Below are positions 26,301 through 44,267 of a DNA stretch of 64,000 nucleotides, piece by piece (position 1 is the stretch's first letter; every line of letters begins with the position of its first letter). Source of the DNA: the human T2T-CHM13v2.0 reference genome, Homo sapiens. A program made the translations under genes and the position numbers. The DNA lies in the NCBI RefSeq assembly GCF_009914755.1, contig NC_060943.1; one strand, given 5' to 3'. Under the pieces are notes generated by a model, which saw only the letters and a list, made by a program, of their open reading frames with translations, made no database searches and was not told the DNA's origin.

Positions 26301-29300
26301 AGCATTCTCAGAAACTTCCTTTTGATGTGTGCGTTCAACTCACAGAGTTGAACCTTCGTTTTGATAGAGCAGTTTTGAAGCACTCGTTTTATAGAATATG
26401 CACGTGGGCATTTGGAGCACTTTGAGGGCTACGGTTTAAAAGAAAACACCTTCACAAGAAAACTTGACAGAAGCATTCTCAGAAACTTCGTCAGGATGTT
26501 TGCATTCAAGTCATGGAGTTGATACTTTCTTTTCATAGAACAGTTTTGAAACACTGTTTTTGTAGAATCTGCAAGTGGATATTTAGACTGCTTTGAGACC
26601 TTCTTCGGAAACGCTAATATCTTCACATAACTAGACAGAAGCATTCTCAGAAACTTCTTTCTGAAGCGTGAATTCAACTCACAGAATTGAACTTTTCTTT
26701 TGATAAAGCAGTTTGGAAACACTATTTTTGTAGAATCTGCAATTGGATATTTGGAGCGCTTTAAGGCTTATGGTAGAAGAGGAGATATCTTCATATAAAA
26801 ATTACACAGAAGCATTCTCAGAAACTACTTAGTGCTGCGTACCTAAAACTCACAGAATTTAACCTTTCTTTTGATAGAGCAGTTTTGAAACACCCTTTAT
26901 GTAGAATCTGCAAGTGGATAATTGTAGTGATTTGAAGCATTCGTTGGAAATGGGAATATCTTCACAAAAACTAGACAGAAGCATTCTCAAAAACTACTTT
27001 GTGAGGTGGGCATTCAACTCCCAGAGTTTAACATATCTTTTGACAGAGCAGTTTGAAACACTCTTTTTGTAGAATCAGCAAGTGGACTTTTGGAGCACTT
27101 TGAGGGCTGTGGTGAAAAAAAGAAAAAAATCTTCACATAAAAATTAGACAGAAGCATTCTCAGAAACTTCTTTGAGATGTTTGCATTCAACTCAGAGAGT
27201 CGAACATTTCTTTTGATAGAGCAGTTTTGAAACACTCAGTTTGTAGAAGCTGCAAGTGGATATTTGCACCACTTTGAGGCCTTCGTTAGAAACGGGAATA
27301 TCCTCACATAAAAACTAGATAGAAGAATTCTCAGAAACTTCTTTGTGATATGTGCATTCAACCCACTGAGTTGAACCTTCCTTTTGATAGAGCAGTTTTG
27401 AAACACTCTTTTTGTAGTATCTGCAGTTCGATATTTGGAGTGCTTTGAACCCTTTGTTGGAAACGGGAATATGTTCACATAAAAACTAGACAGAAGCATT
27501 GTCAGAAACTTCCTTGTGATGTGTGCATTAAACTCATAGAGTTCAACCTTTCTTTTGATAGAGCAGTTTTGAAACACTGTTTTTGTAGAATCTGCAAGTG
27601 GATAAATGGAGTATTTTGAGGTCTTCGTTGGAAACGGTTGTATCTTCACATTAAAGCTAGACAGATGCATTCTCAGAAACTTCTTTGTGATGTGTGCATT
27701 TAACTCACAGAGTTGAAGCTTTCTTCTGATAAAGCAGTTTTGAAACAGTCTTTTTGTAGGATCTGTAAGTGGATATTTGGAGTGGCTTGAAGCCTTCGTT
27801 GGAAACGGGAGTATCTCCACATAAAAACTAGACAGAAGCATACTCCGAAACTTCTTTGTGATGTTTGCATTCAACTCACATAGTTGAAACTTTCTTTTCA
27901 TAGAGCAGATTTGATACACTCTTTTTCAGATTCTGCAAGTGGATATTTGGACTGCCTTGAAGCCTTCGTTTGAAACGGGAATATCTTCACATAAAAACTA
28001 GACAGAAGCATTCTCAGAAACTTCTTTGTGATGTGTTCATTCTACTCACAGAGTTGAAGCTTTCTTTCAATAGAGCAATTTTGAAACACACTTTTTTTAG
28101 AATCTGCAATTGGATATTTGGAGCGCTCTGAGCCCTATGGTAGAAAAGCAAATATCTTCATACAAAAACTAGACAGAAGCATTCTCAGAAACTACTTTGT
28201 GATGGGTGCTTACAACTCACAGAATTTAACCGTTCTTTTGACAGAGCAGTTTTGAAACACTCTTTTTGTAGAATCTGCAACTGGATATTTGGACTGCCTT
28301 GAGGTCTTTGTTGGAAACGGGAATATCTTCACATAAAAACTAGACAGAAACATTCTCAGAAACTTCCTTGTGATGTGTGCATTCAACTCACAGAGATGAA
28401 ACTTCCTTTTGATAGAGTAGTTTTGAAACACTTTCTTTGTAGAACCTGCAAGCGGATAATTGGAGTACTTTGAAATCTTCTTTGGAAATGGCTATATATT
28501 CACATAAAAACTAGACCGTTGCATTCTCAGGAACTTCTTTGTGGATGTGTGCATTCAACTTACCGATTTGGAGCTTCCTTTTGATAAAGCAGTTTTGAAA
28601 CACTCTTTTTGTACAGTCTGCAAATTTATGTTTGGAGCGCTTTGAGGCCAGTGGTAGAAAATGAAATATCTTCATATAAAAACTAGATAGAAGCATTCTC
28701 AGAAACTACTTTGTGATGTGTGCCTTCAACTCACAGAGTTTCACCCTTCTCTTGATAGAGCACTTTTCAAAACCTCTTTTTGTAGAATCTGCTAGTGGAG
28801 AATTGGAGTGCTTTGAAGGCTTCATTGGAAACAGGTATATCTTCACATATAAACTAGACAGAAACATTCTCAGAGAATTCTTTGTGATGCGTGCATTCAA
28901 CTCACAGAGTTAAGCCTTTTTTTTAATAGAGCAGTTTTGAAACACACTTTTTGTAGAATCTGCAAGTGGAAATTTGGAGCACTTTGAGGGCTATGGTGCA
29001 AACGGAAACACCTTCACAAAAAAACTAGACAGAAGCATTCTCAGAAACTTCTTCACGATGTTTGCATTCAAGTCACAGCGTTGAAACTTTCTTTTCATAG
29101 AGCAGTTTTGAAACACTCTTGTTGTAGAATCTGCAAGAGTACATTTGGAGTACTTTGAAGGATACAGTGGAAAAGGAAATATCTTCATATAAAAACTAGA
29201 CTGAAGCATTCTCAGAAACTTCTCTGTGATGTTTGCATTCAACTCAGAGAGTTAAACATTTCTTTTGATAGAGCAGTTTTGAAACACTGTTTTTGCAGAA

Positions 29301-30430
29301 TCTGCAAGTCGATATTTGGACGGTTTTGAGGCCTTCGTTGATAACGGTGTATCTTCACATAAAAACTAGACAGAAGCATTGTCAGAAACTTCTTTGTGAT
29401 ATGTGCATTCAACTCACAGAGTTGAACGTTCTTTTTCATAGAGCAGTTTTGAAACCCTCTTGGATATTTGGAGTGCTTTGAAGCCTTCGCTGGGAGCGCG
29501 AATATATTCACATAAAAACTAGACAAAAGCATTCTCAAAAACTTCCTTGTGATGTGTGTATTCAACTCACAAAACTGAACCTTCCTTTTGATACAAGAGT
29601 TTTGAAACACTCTTTTTGAGAATATGCACGTGGATAATTTGACTACTTGGAAGCCTTCGTTGGAAACGGGAATTTCTTCACGTAAAAACTAGACAGATGC
29701 ATTCTGAGAATTTCCTTGTGATGTGTGCATTCAACTCACAGAGTTGAACCTTCCTTTTGATAGAGCAGTTTTGAAACCCTCTTTTTGTAGAATATGAAAA
29801 TGGATAATTGGAGTTCTTTGTAGTCTTCATTGGAAACGGGAATATTTTCACATAAAAACTAGACAGAAGCATTCTCAGAAACTTCTTTGCAATGTGTGCA
29901 TTCACCTCACAGAGTTGAGCCTTCCTTTGATAGAGCAGATTTGAAACACTCTTTTTGTAGAATCTGCAGGTGGATATTTGGAGTGCTTTAAAGCCTTCTT
30001 TGGAAACGGTAATATCTTCACATAAAAACTAGACAGAAGTATTCTCAAAAACTTCTTTGTGATGTGTGCATTCAACTCACACAGTTGAACCCTCCTTTTG
30101 CTACTGCAGATTTGAAACACTCTTTTTGTAGAATCTGCAAGTGGATATTTGAAGCCATTTCAGGCCTCTGGTAGAAAAGGTAATTTCTTTATCTAAAAAC
30201 TAGAAAGAAGCAGTCTCAGAAACCAGCTAGTGATGTGTGCATTCAGCTCAGAGATTTTTAACCTCTCTTTTGCTAGAGCAGTTTTGAAACACTCTTTTTG
30301 TAGAATCTGCAAGTGGACATTTGGAGCACTTTAAGGGCTATGTTGGAAAAGGAAATACCTTCACATAAAAACTAGACAGAAACATTCTCAGAAACTTCTT
30401 TGTGATGTTCACATTCACCTCACAGATATG

Positions 30431-31022
30431 AACCATTGTGGAAGTCAGTGTGGTGATTCCTCATGGATCTAGACCTAGAAATGCCATTTGACCCAGCCAT
30501 CCCATTACTGGGTATATACCCAAAGGACTATAAATCATGCTGCTATAAAGACACATGCACACATATGTTTATTGTGGCATTATTCACAATAGCAAAGACT
30601 TGGAACCAACCCAAATGTCCAACAATGATAGACTGGATTAAGAAAATGTGGCACATATACACCATGGAATACTATGCAGCCATAAAAAATGATGAGTTCA
30701 TTTCCTTTGTAGGGACATGGATGAAATTGGAAATCATCATTCTCAGTAAACTATCATAAGAACAAAAAACCAAACACCGCATATTCTCACTCAGAGGTGG
30801 GAATTGAACAATGAGATCACATGGACACAGGAAGGGGAACATCACATTGTGTGGACAGTTGTGGGGTGCGGGAAAGGGGGAGGGATAGCATTGGGAGATA
30901 TACCTAATGCTAGATGACTAGTTAGTGGGTGCAGCACACCAGCATGGCACATGTATACGTATGTAACTAACCTGCACATTGTGCACATGTACCCTAAAAC
31001 TTAAAGTATAATCATAAAAAAA
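30431..31022 (+). mobile_element. L1 #3: ~590-bp 3' fragment of L1PA2/PA3
   Basis: ORF2 tail ([19 protein letters not shown]), 3' UTR and short A-tail; possible 5-bp TSD ATGAA. Confidence 0.95.
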
Positions 31023-32225
31023 TGAATTTTTCTTTTCATAAAGCAGTTTTGAATCACTCTTTTTGTAGAATCTGCAAGTGGATATTTGGATTGCTTTGAG
31101 GCTTTCGTTGGAAACGGGAATATCTTCACATAAAAACTAGACAGAAAGATTCTCAGAAACTTCTTTGTGATATGTGCACTCAACACAGAGAGTTGATCCT
31201 TTCTTTTGAAAGAGCCATTTTGACACACACTTTTTGTAGATTCTACAATTGGACATTTAGAGTACTTTCTGGGCTATAGTGCAAAAAGAAATATCTTCAC
31301 ATGAAAAGTAGACAGAAGCATTCTCAGAAGCTTCTTTGTGATGTGTGCATTCAACTCACAGAGTTTAACCTTCCTTTTGATTGAGCAGTTTTGAAACATT
31401 CTCTTTGTAGAATCTGCAAGTGGTTATTAGGACTACTTTGAGGCCTTCATTGGAAATGGGAATATCTTCACATAAAAACTATAAATAAGCATTCTCAGAA
31501 AGTTATTTGTGAATTGTGCATTCAACTCACAGAATTGAACCTTCCTTTTGATAGAGCAGTTTTGAAACACTCTTTTTTTATAGTATCTGCAAGTGGATAT
31601 TTGGAGTGTTTTGAAGCCTTCGTTGGAAACGGGAATATATTCACATAAAAACTAGACAGAAGCATTCTCAGAAACTTTCCTGTGATGTGTGTATTCAATG
31701 CACAGAGTTGAACCTTCCTTTTGATAGAGCAGTTTTGAGACACTCTGTTTGTAGAATATGCTAGTTTATATTTGGAGTGCTTTGAAGCCTTCGTTGGAAA
31801 TGTGAATATCTTCACATTAAAAACTAGACAGAAGGATTCTCAGAAACTACTTTGTGATGTGTGCATTCAACTCACACAGTTGAACCCTCCTTTTGCTACT
31901 GCAGATTTGAAACACTCTTTTTGTAGAATCTGCAAGTGGATATTTGAAGCCATTTCAGGCCTCTGGTAGAAAAGGCAATTTCTTTATCTAATAACTAGAA
32001 AGAAGCAGTCTCAGAAACCAGCTAGTGATGTGTGCATTCAGCTCAGAGATTTTTAACCTCTCTTTTGCTAGAGCAGTTTTGAAACACTCTTTTTGTAGAA
32101 TCTGCAAGTGGACATTTGGAGCACTTTGAGGGCTATGTTGGAAAAGGAAATATTTTCACATAAAAACTAGACAGAAACATTCTCAGAAACTTCTTTGCGA
32201 TGTTCACATTCACCTCACAGATATG

Positions 32226-32818
32226 AACCATTGTGGAAGTCAGTGTGGTGATTCCTCAAGGATCTAGACCTAGAAATGCCATTTGACCCAGTCATCCCAT
32301 TACTGGGTATATACCCAAAGGACTATAAATCATGCTGCTATAAAGACACATGCACACATATATTTATTGTGACATTATTCACAATAGCAAAGACTTGGAA
32401 CCAACCCAAATGTCCAACAATGATAGACTGGATTAAGAAAATGTGGCACATATACACCATGGAATACTATGCAGCCATAAAAAATGATGAGTTCATTTCC
32501 TTTGTAGGGACATGGATGAAATTGGAAATCATCATTCTCATTAAACTATTGCAAGAACAAAAAACCAAACACCGCATATTCTCACTCAGAGGTGGGAATT
32601 GAACAATGAGATCACATGGACACAGGAAGGGGAATATCACACTCTGGGAACTGTTGTGGGGTGCGAGGAGGGGGGAAGGATAGCATTGGGAGATATACCT
32701 AATGCTAGATGACTAGTTAGTGGGTGCCGCGCACCAGCATGGCACATGTATACATATGTAACTAACCTGCACAATGTGCACATGTACCCTAAAATTTAAA
32801 GTATAATCATAAAAAAAA
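32226..32818 (+). mobile_element. L1 #4: duplicate of L1 #3 (same insertion event)
   Basis: Same 5' truncation point and flanks as #3. Confidence 0.95.
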
Positions 32819-33171
32819 TGAATTTTTCTTTTCATAAAGCAGTTTTGAAACACTCTTTTTGTAGAATCTGCAAGTGGATATTTGGATTGCTTTGAGGCCT
32901 TCATTGGAAACGGGAATATCTTCACATAAAAACTAGACAGAAAGTTTCTCAGAAACTTCTTTGGGATGTGTGCATTCAACACACAGAGTTGATCCTTTCT
33001 ATTGAAAGAGCCATTTTGACATACACTTTTTGTAGACTCTACTAGTGGACATTTGGAGTACTTTCTGGACTATAGTGAATAAATAAATATCTTCACATGA
33101 AAAGTAGACAGAAGCATTCTCAGAAGCTTCTTTGTGATGTGTGCATTCAACTCACAGAGTTTAACCTTCCT

Positions 33172-34220
33172 TTTGATTGAGCAGTTTTGAAACACTCTTT
33201 TGTAGAATCTGCAAGTGGATATTTGGACTGATTTGAGGCCTTCGTTGGAAACGGGAATATCTTCATCTAAACACTAGACGGAAGCATTCTCAGAAACTAC
33301 TTTGTGATGTGTCCATTCAACTCACAGTGTTGAACCTTTATTTTTACAGAGCAGCTTTGAAACACACTTTTTGTAGAATCTACAAGTGGATATTTGGACT
33401 GCTTGGAGGCCTTCATTGGAAACGGGAATATCTTCACATAAACACTAGACAGAAGCATTCTCAGAAACTACTTTGTGATGTGTGCATTGAACCCCCTAGT
33501 TGAACCTTGCTGTTGATGGAGAAGTTTTGAGTCAATCTTTTTCTATAATATGCAAGTGTATATTCGGAGTGTTTTGAAGTCTTCATTGGAAACGGGAATA
33601 TCTTCACATGAGAACTAGACGAAAGCATTCTCAGAAACTTCTTTGTGATGTGTGCATTAAACTCACAGAGTTGAAATTTCCTTTTGATTGAGCAGTTTTG
33701 AAGCACTCTTTTTGTAGAATCTGCAAGTGGATATTTGGACTGATTTGAGGCCTTCGTTGGAAACGGGAATATCTTCGTCTAAAAACTAGACAGAAGCCTT
33801 CTCAGAAACTACTTTGTGATGTGACCATTCAACTCACAGAGTCGAACATTTCTTTTGATAGGGCAGCTTTGAAACACACTTTTTGTAGAAGCTGCAAGTG
33901 GATATTTGGACTGCTTTGAGGCCTTCATTGGAAACGGAAATATCTTCACATAAAAACTAGACAAAAGCATTCTCAGAAACTACTTTGTGATGTGTCCATT
34001 GAACTCCCCTAGTTGAACCTTGCTTTTGATGGAGAAGTTTTGAATCACTCTTTTTGTAGAATATGCAAATGGATATTTGGAGTGTTCTGAAGCCTTCGTT
34101 GGAAACGGGAATATCTTCACATGAAAACTAGATGAAAGCATTCTCAGAAACTTCTTTGTGATGTGTGCATTCAACTCACAGAGTTGAACCCTCCTTTTGA
34201 TTGAGCAGTTTTGTAGCACT
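33172..34220 (+). repeat. Tandem duplication of a 3-monomer unit (~512 bp)
   Basis: GGACTGATTTGAGG, CCCCTAGTTGAACCTTGC, GATGGAGAAGTTTTGA and CTAGAYGAAAGC recur at an offset of ~510-513. Confidence 0.85.
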
Positions 34221-37200
34221 CTTTTTGTAGAATCTGTAAGTGGATATTTGGAACACTTTGAGGCTTATGGTTGAAAAGGAAATATCTTCATAGAAAAACT
34301 AGCAAGAAGTGTTCTCAGAAACTACTTTGTGATGTGTGCTTACGACTCACAGAATTTAACCTTTCTTTTGATAGAGGAGTTTTGAAACAGTCTTTTTGTA
34401 GAATCTGCTAGTGGATAATTGGAGTGCTTTGAAGCCTTTGTTGGAAACTAGAATATCTTCACACATGTACTAGACAGAAGCATTCTCAGAAACTTGTTTG
34501 TGATGTTTGCATTCAACTCACAGAGATTAACCTTTCTTTTGACAGAGCAGTTTTGAAACACTCTTTTTGTAGAATCTACAAGTGGACATTTGGAGCACTT
34601 TGAGGGCTATGGTGGAAAAGGTAATATCTTCACATAAGAACTAGATAGAAGCATTCTCCGAAACTTCTTTGTGATGTGTGCATTCAACGCACAGAGCTTA
34701 ACTTTCCTTTGGAAAGAACACTTTTGAAACACTCTTTTTGTAGAATCTGCATTTGGATATTTGGACTGCTTTGAAGCCTTCGTTGGAAACGGGAAAATCT
34801 TCATATAAAAACTAGACAGAAGCATGCTCGGAAACTTCTTTGTGATGTGTGCATTCAAACCACAGAGTTGAACCCTCCTTCTGATAGAGAAGTTTCAAAA
34901 CACTCTTTTTGTAGAATCTGCAAGTGGATATTTGGAGCCCTTTGAGGCCTTTTGTAGAAAAGGAAATATCTTCATAGAAAAACTAGAAAGAAGCATTCTC
35001 AGAAACTATTTTGTGATGCGTGCATTCATATCACAGAATTGAACGTTTCTTTTGATAGAGCAGTTTTGAAACACTCTTTTTGTCAAATCTGCAAGTGGAC
35101 ATTTGGAGAAATTTCAGTGCTACCATGGAAAAGGAAATATCTTCACATAAAAACTAGACAGAAGCATTCGCAGAAAAGTCTTTGTGATGTTTGCATTCAA
35201 CTCACAGATTTGAAACTTTCTTTTCATTTAGCAGTTTTGAAACAATTTTTTTTGTAGAATCTGGAAGACGATATTTGTACTGCTTTGACCCCTTCGTTGG
35301 AAACGGGAATAGCTTCACATGAAAACTAGACAGAAGCATTATCAGAAACTTCTTTGTTATGTGTGCATTCAACTCACAGAGTTCAACTTTCCTTTTGATA
35401 GGGCCGTTTTGAAAAACTCTTCCTGTAGAATCTGTAAGTGTATATTTGGACTGGTTTTAGGCCTTCATTGAAAAAGGGAATATCTTCACATAAAAACTAT
35501 ACAGAAGCATTCTCAGAAACTTCTTTGTGATGTGTGCATTCATCTTACAGTTTTGAACCTTCCGTTGAATGGTGCAGCTTTGAAACACTCTTTTTGTAGA
35601 ATCAGCAATTGGATATTTGGAGCGATTTGAGCCCTATTGTAGAAAAAGGAAATATTTTCATATAAAAACTAGACAGAAGTATTCTCTGAAACTAATTTGT
35701 GATGTGTGCTTTCATCTCACAGAGTTTAAACTTTCTTTTGATAGAGCAGTTTTGAAACACTCTTTTTGCACTATCTGCAAGTGGATAATTGGAGTCCTTT
35801 GAAGCCTTTGTTGGAAACGGGAATATCTTCATATATAAACTAGACAAAAGCATTCTCAAAATCTACTTTGTGATGTGTGCATTCAACTCACAGAGATTAA
35901 CTTTTCTTTTGATAGATCAGCTTTGAAACACTCTTTTTGAAGAATCTGCAAGTAGACATTTGGAGCACTTTGAGGGCTCTGGTGGAAAACGAAATATCTT
36001 CACATGAAAACCAGACAGAAGCATTCTCAGAAACTTCTTTGTGATGTGTGCATTCAACTCACAGAGTTGAAACTTTCTTTTGATAGAGCAGTTTTTAAAC
36101 ACACTTTTTGTAGAATCTGCAAGTTGACATTTGGAGCACTTTGAGGTCTATGGTGGAAAAAGATATATCTTCACATAAAAACTAGACAGGAGCCTTCTCT
36201 GAAACTTCTTTGTGACGTTCGGATTCAACTCACAGAGTTGAAACTTTCTTTTGATACAGCAGCTTTGAAACACTCTTTTTGTAGAATCTGCAGGTGGATA
36301 TTTTGACTGCTTTGAGGCCTTCGTTGGAAAAGGGAATATCTTCACATAAAAACTAGACAGAAGCTTTCTCAGAAACTTCTTTGTGATGTGTGCATTCAAC
36401 TCACAGAGTTGAACCTTCCTTTTGATAGAGCAGTTTTGAAACAATATTTTTGTAGAATCTGCAAGTGGATATTTGGAGTGCTTTGAAGCCTTAGTTGGAA
36501 ACGGGAATATCTTCATATAAATACTAGACAGAAGCATTCTCAGAACCTTCTTTGTGATATGTGCATTCAGCTCACAGATTTGAACCATCCTTTTGATAGA
36601 GAAGTTTTGAAACCCTCTATTTGTAGAATCTGCAGGTGGATATTTGGAGCATTTTGAGTCCTACTGTAGAAAAGGAAATATCTTCATATAAAAACTAGAA
36701 AGAAGCATTCTCAGAAAGTACTTTGTGATGTGTGCATTCAACTCACAGAATTTAAACTTTCTTTTGATAGAGCAGTTTTGAAACACTCTTTTTGTAGAAT
36801 CTGCAAGTGGATAATTGGAGTGCTTTGAAGCCTTCATTGGAAACGGGAATATCTTCACATAAAAACTAGACAGAAGCATTCTCAGAAACTGCTTTGTGAT
36901 GTGTGCTTGCAGCTCACGGAATTTAATCTTTCTTTTGATAGGGCAGTTTTGAAACACTCTTTTTGTAGAATCTGCAAGTGGATAATTGGATTGCTTTGAA
37001 GCCTTCGTTGCAAACGGGAATATCTTTAAATAAAAATTTGTAATGCTTACATTCAACTCACAGAGTGTAACCTATCTTTTAGTAGAGCAGTTTTGAAACA
37101 CTTTTTTTGTAGAATCTACAAGTGCACAGTTGGAGCACTTTGAGGGCTATAGTGGAAAAGGAAATATCTTCACATAAAAACTAGATAGAAGCATTCTCAG

Positions 37201-40200
37201 AAAGTTCTTTGTGATGTTTGCATTCAATTCATAGAGTTGAACATTTCTTTTGATAGAGCAGTTTTCAAAAACTCTTTTTGTAGAATCTGCAAGTGGACAT
37301 TTAGAGTACTTTGAGGCCTATGGTGGAAAAGGAAATATCTTCACATAAAAATTAGACAGAAGCATTCTCAGTAATTTCTTTCTGATGTATGCATTCAACT
37401 CAGAGAGTTGAACATTTCCTTTGATAGAATAGTTTTGAAACACTCCTTTTGTAGAATCTGCAAGTGGATATTTGGACTGCTTTGTCGCCTTCGTTGGAAA
37501 TGGGAATAGCTTCACATAAAAACTAGACAGAAGCATTCTCAGAAACTTCTTTGTGATATGTGCATTCAACTCACAGATTTTAACCATTCTTTTGATAGAG
37601 CCGTTTTGAAACACTTCTTGTAGAACCTGGAAGTTGATAATTGGAGTGCTTTGAAGCCTCCGTTGCAAACGGGAATATCTTCACATAAAAACTAGACCTA
37701 AGCATTCTGAGAAACATTTATGTGATGTGCGCATTCAACTCACAGAGTTGAACCCTCCTTTTGATAGGGCAGTATTGAATCTCTCTTTTTGTAGAATCTG
37801 GAAGTGGATATTTGGAGCACATTGAGGTCTATGGTAGAAAAGGGAATATCTTCACATAAAAACTAGACAGAAGCATTCTCAGAAACTAGTTTGTGATGTG
37901 TGCATTCAACTCACAGAGTTGAACCTTTGTTTTGATAGAGCAGTTTTGAAACACTCTTTTTGTAGAATCTGCAAGTGGATATTTCGACTGCTTTGAAGCC
38001 TTCGTTAGAAACAGGAATATCTTCACATAAAAACTAGACAGAATCATTTCAGAAACTACTTTGTGATGTTTGCATTCATCTCAGAGAGTTGAACCTTTCT
38101 TTTGATAGAACAGTTTTGAAACACCCTTTTTCTAGAATCTGCTGGTGGACATTTGGAGTACTTTGTGGTCGATGGTGAAAAGGATATATCTTCACATAAA
38201 AACTAGACAGGAACATTCTCAGAAACTTCTTTGTGATGTTTGCTTTCAACACAGGGAGTTGAAACTTTCTGTTGATAGAGGAGTTTTGAAACACTATTTT
38301 TGGAGAATCTGCAAGTGAATATTTAGACCACTTTGAGGCCTTCATTGGAAACGGGAATATTTTCACATAAAAACTAGATAGAAGCATTCTCAGAAACTTC
38401 TTTTTGATGTTTGCATTCAATTCACAGAATTGAACCTTCCTTTTAATTGAAAAGTTTTGAAACACTCTTTTTGTAGAATATGCAATTGGATATTTGGAGT
38501 GCTTTGAAGCCTTCATTAGAAACGGAAATATCTTCACATAAAAACTAGATAGAAGCATTCTCAGAAACTTCTTTGTGATGTGTGTATACAACTCACAGAT
38601 TTGAACCTTTCTTTTGATACAGCAGTTTTTAAACACTCTTTTTGTAGAATCTGCAACTGTATATTTGGAGTGCTTTGAAGACTTCATTGGAGACGGGAAT
38701 AACATCACATAAGAACTAGATGGAAACATTCTCAGAAACTTCTTCTTGATGTGTGCATTCAACCTACAGAGTTGAAGCCTCCTTTTGATAGAGCAGTTTT
38801 GAAACACTCTTTTTGTAGATTCTGCAAGTGGATATTTGGGGTGCTTTGAAGAGTTTGTCGGAAACGTGAATATCTTCACATAAAAACTAGTCAGAAGCAT
38901 TCTCAAAAATTACTTTGTGATGTGTGCATTCAACTCACAGAGTTTAACCTATTTTTGATAGAGCAGTTTTGAAACACTCCTTTTGTGGAATCAGCAAGTG
39001 GACATTTGTAGCACTTTGAGGGCTTTGGTGGAAAAGGAAATATCTTCACATAAAAACTAGACAGAAGCAATCTCAGAAACTTCTGTGATGTTTGCATTCA
39101 ACTCACAGATTGGAACATTTCTTTTGATAGAGCAGTTTTGAAACGCTCTTTTTGTAGAATCTGCAAGTGGACATTAGGAACACTTTGAGTGCTAGAGTGG
39201 AAAAGGAGATATCTTCACATAAAAACTAGACAGAAGCATTCTCAGAAACTTCTTTGTGATGTTTGAATTCAACTCAGAGTGTTGAACATTTCCTTTGATA
39301 GAGCAGTTTTGAAACACTCTTTTTGTAGAATCTGCAAGTGGATAATTGGAGTACTTTGAAGCGTTGTTGGAAACGGTAATATCTTCACATAAAAACTAGA
39401 CAGAAGCATTCTCAGAAACTACTTTGTGATGTGTGCATTCAACTCACAGAGTTAAACCTTCCTTTTGATAGAGCAGTTTTGAAACACTCTTTTTATAGTA
39501 TCTGCAAGTGGATATATGGAGTGCTTTGAAGCCTTCATTGGAAATGGGAATATATTCACATAAAAAATATACATAAGCATTCTCAGAAACTTCCTTGTGA
39601 TGTGTGCCTTCAACTCACAGAGCTGAACCTTCCTTTTGATAAAGCAGTTTTGAAACACTCTTTTTGTGGAATCTGCAAGTGGATAATTGGAGTAATTTTA
39701 AGCATTGTTGGAAACGGGAATATCTTCACATAAATACTAGACAGAAGCATTCTTAGAAACTTCTTTGGGATGTGCGCATTCAACTCACAGAGTTGAACCC
39801 TACTTTTGATGGAGCAGTTTTGAAACGCTCTTTTTGTAGAATCTGCAAGTGGATATTTGGAGTGCTTTGAGGCCTATGGTAGAAAAGGAAATATGTTCAT
39901 ATAAAAACTAGACAGAAGCATTCTCAGAAATTACTTTTTGATGTGTGCATTCAACTTACAGAGTTGAACCTTTCTTTTCATAGGACAGTTTTGAAACACT
40001 ATTTTTTTAGTGTTGGCAAGTGGATATTTGGACTGCTTTGAGGCCTTTGTTGGAAACAGGAATATCTTCACATAAAAACTAGACAGAGGCATTCTCAGAA
40101 ACTTCTTTGTGATGTGTGCATTCAACTCACAGAATTGAACCTTCCTTTTGATAGAGCAGTTTTTTCTTCTTTTCTTTATTTATTATGATTATACTTTATG

Positions 40201-40392
40201 TTTTAGGTTACATGTGAGCAATGTGCAGGTTAGTAACGTATGTATACATGTGCCATGCTGGTGCGCTGCACCCACTAACTAGTCATCTAGCATTAGGTAT
40301 ATCTCCCAATGCTATCCCTCCCCCTTTCCCGCACCCCACAACTGTCCACACAATGTGATGTTCCCCTTCCTGTGTCCATGTGATCTCATTGT

Positions 40393-44207
<3,815 letters not shown>

Positions 44208-44267
44208 GATGTTAGCTGTTTATTTTGCTCGTTAATTGATGTAGTTTTTTCCTAGTCTCGATGGTCT

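Larger units (their letters stand above)
30060..33195 (+). repeat. Local duplication of an alpha+L1 block (~30060-31400 and ~31855-33195, offset ~1795)
   Basis: Both copies share GCTACTGCAG, GAAACCAGCTAGTG, identical L1 junctions (CAGATATGAACCATTGTGG; AAATGAATTTTTC), GAAAGAGCCATTTTGAC and ATGAAAAGTAG. Confidence 0.93.
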
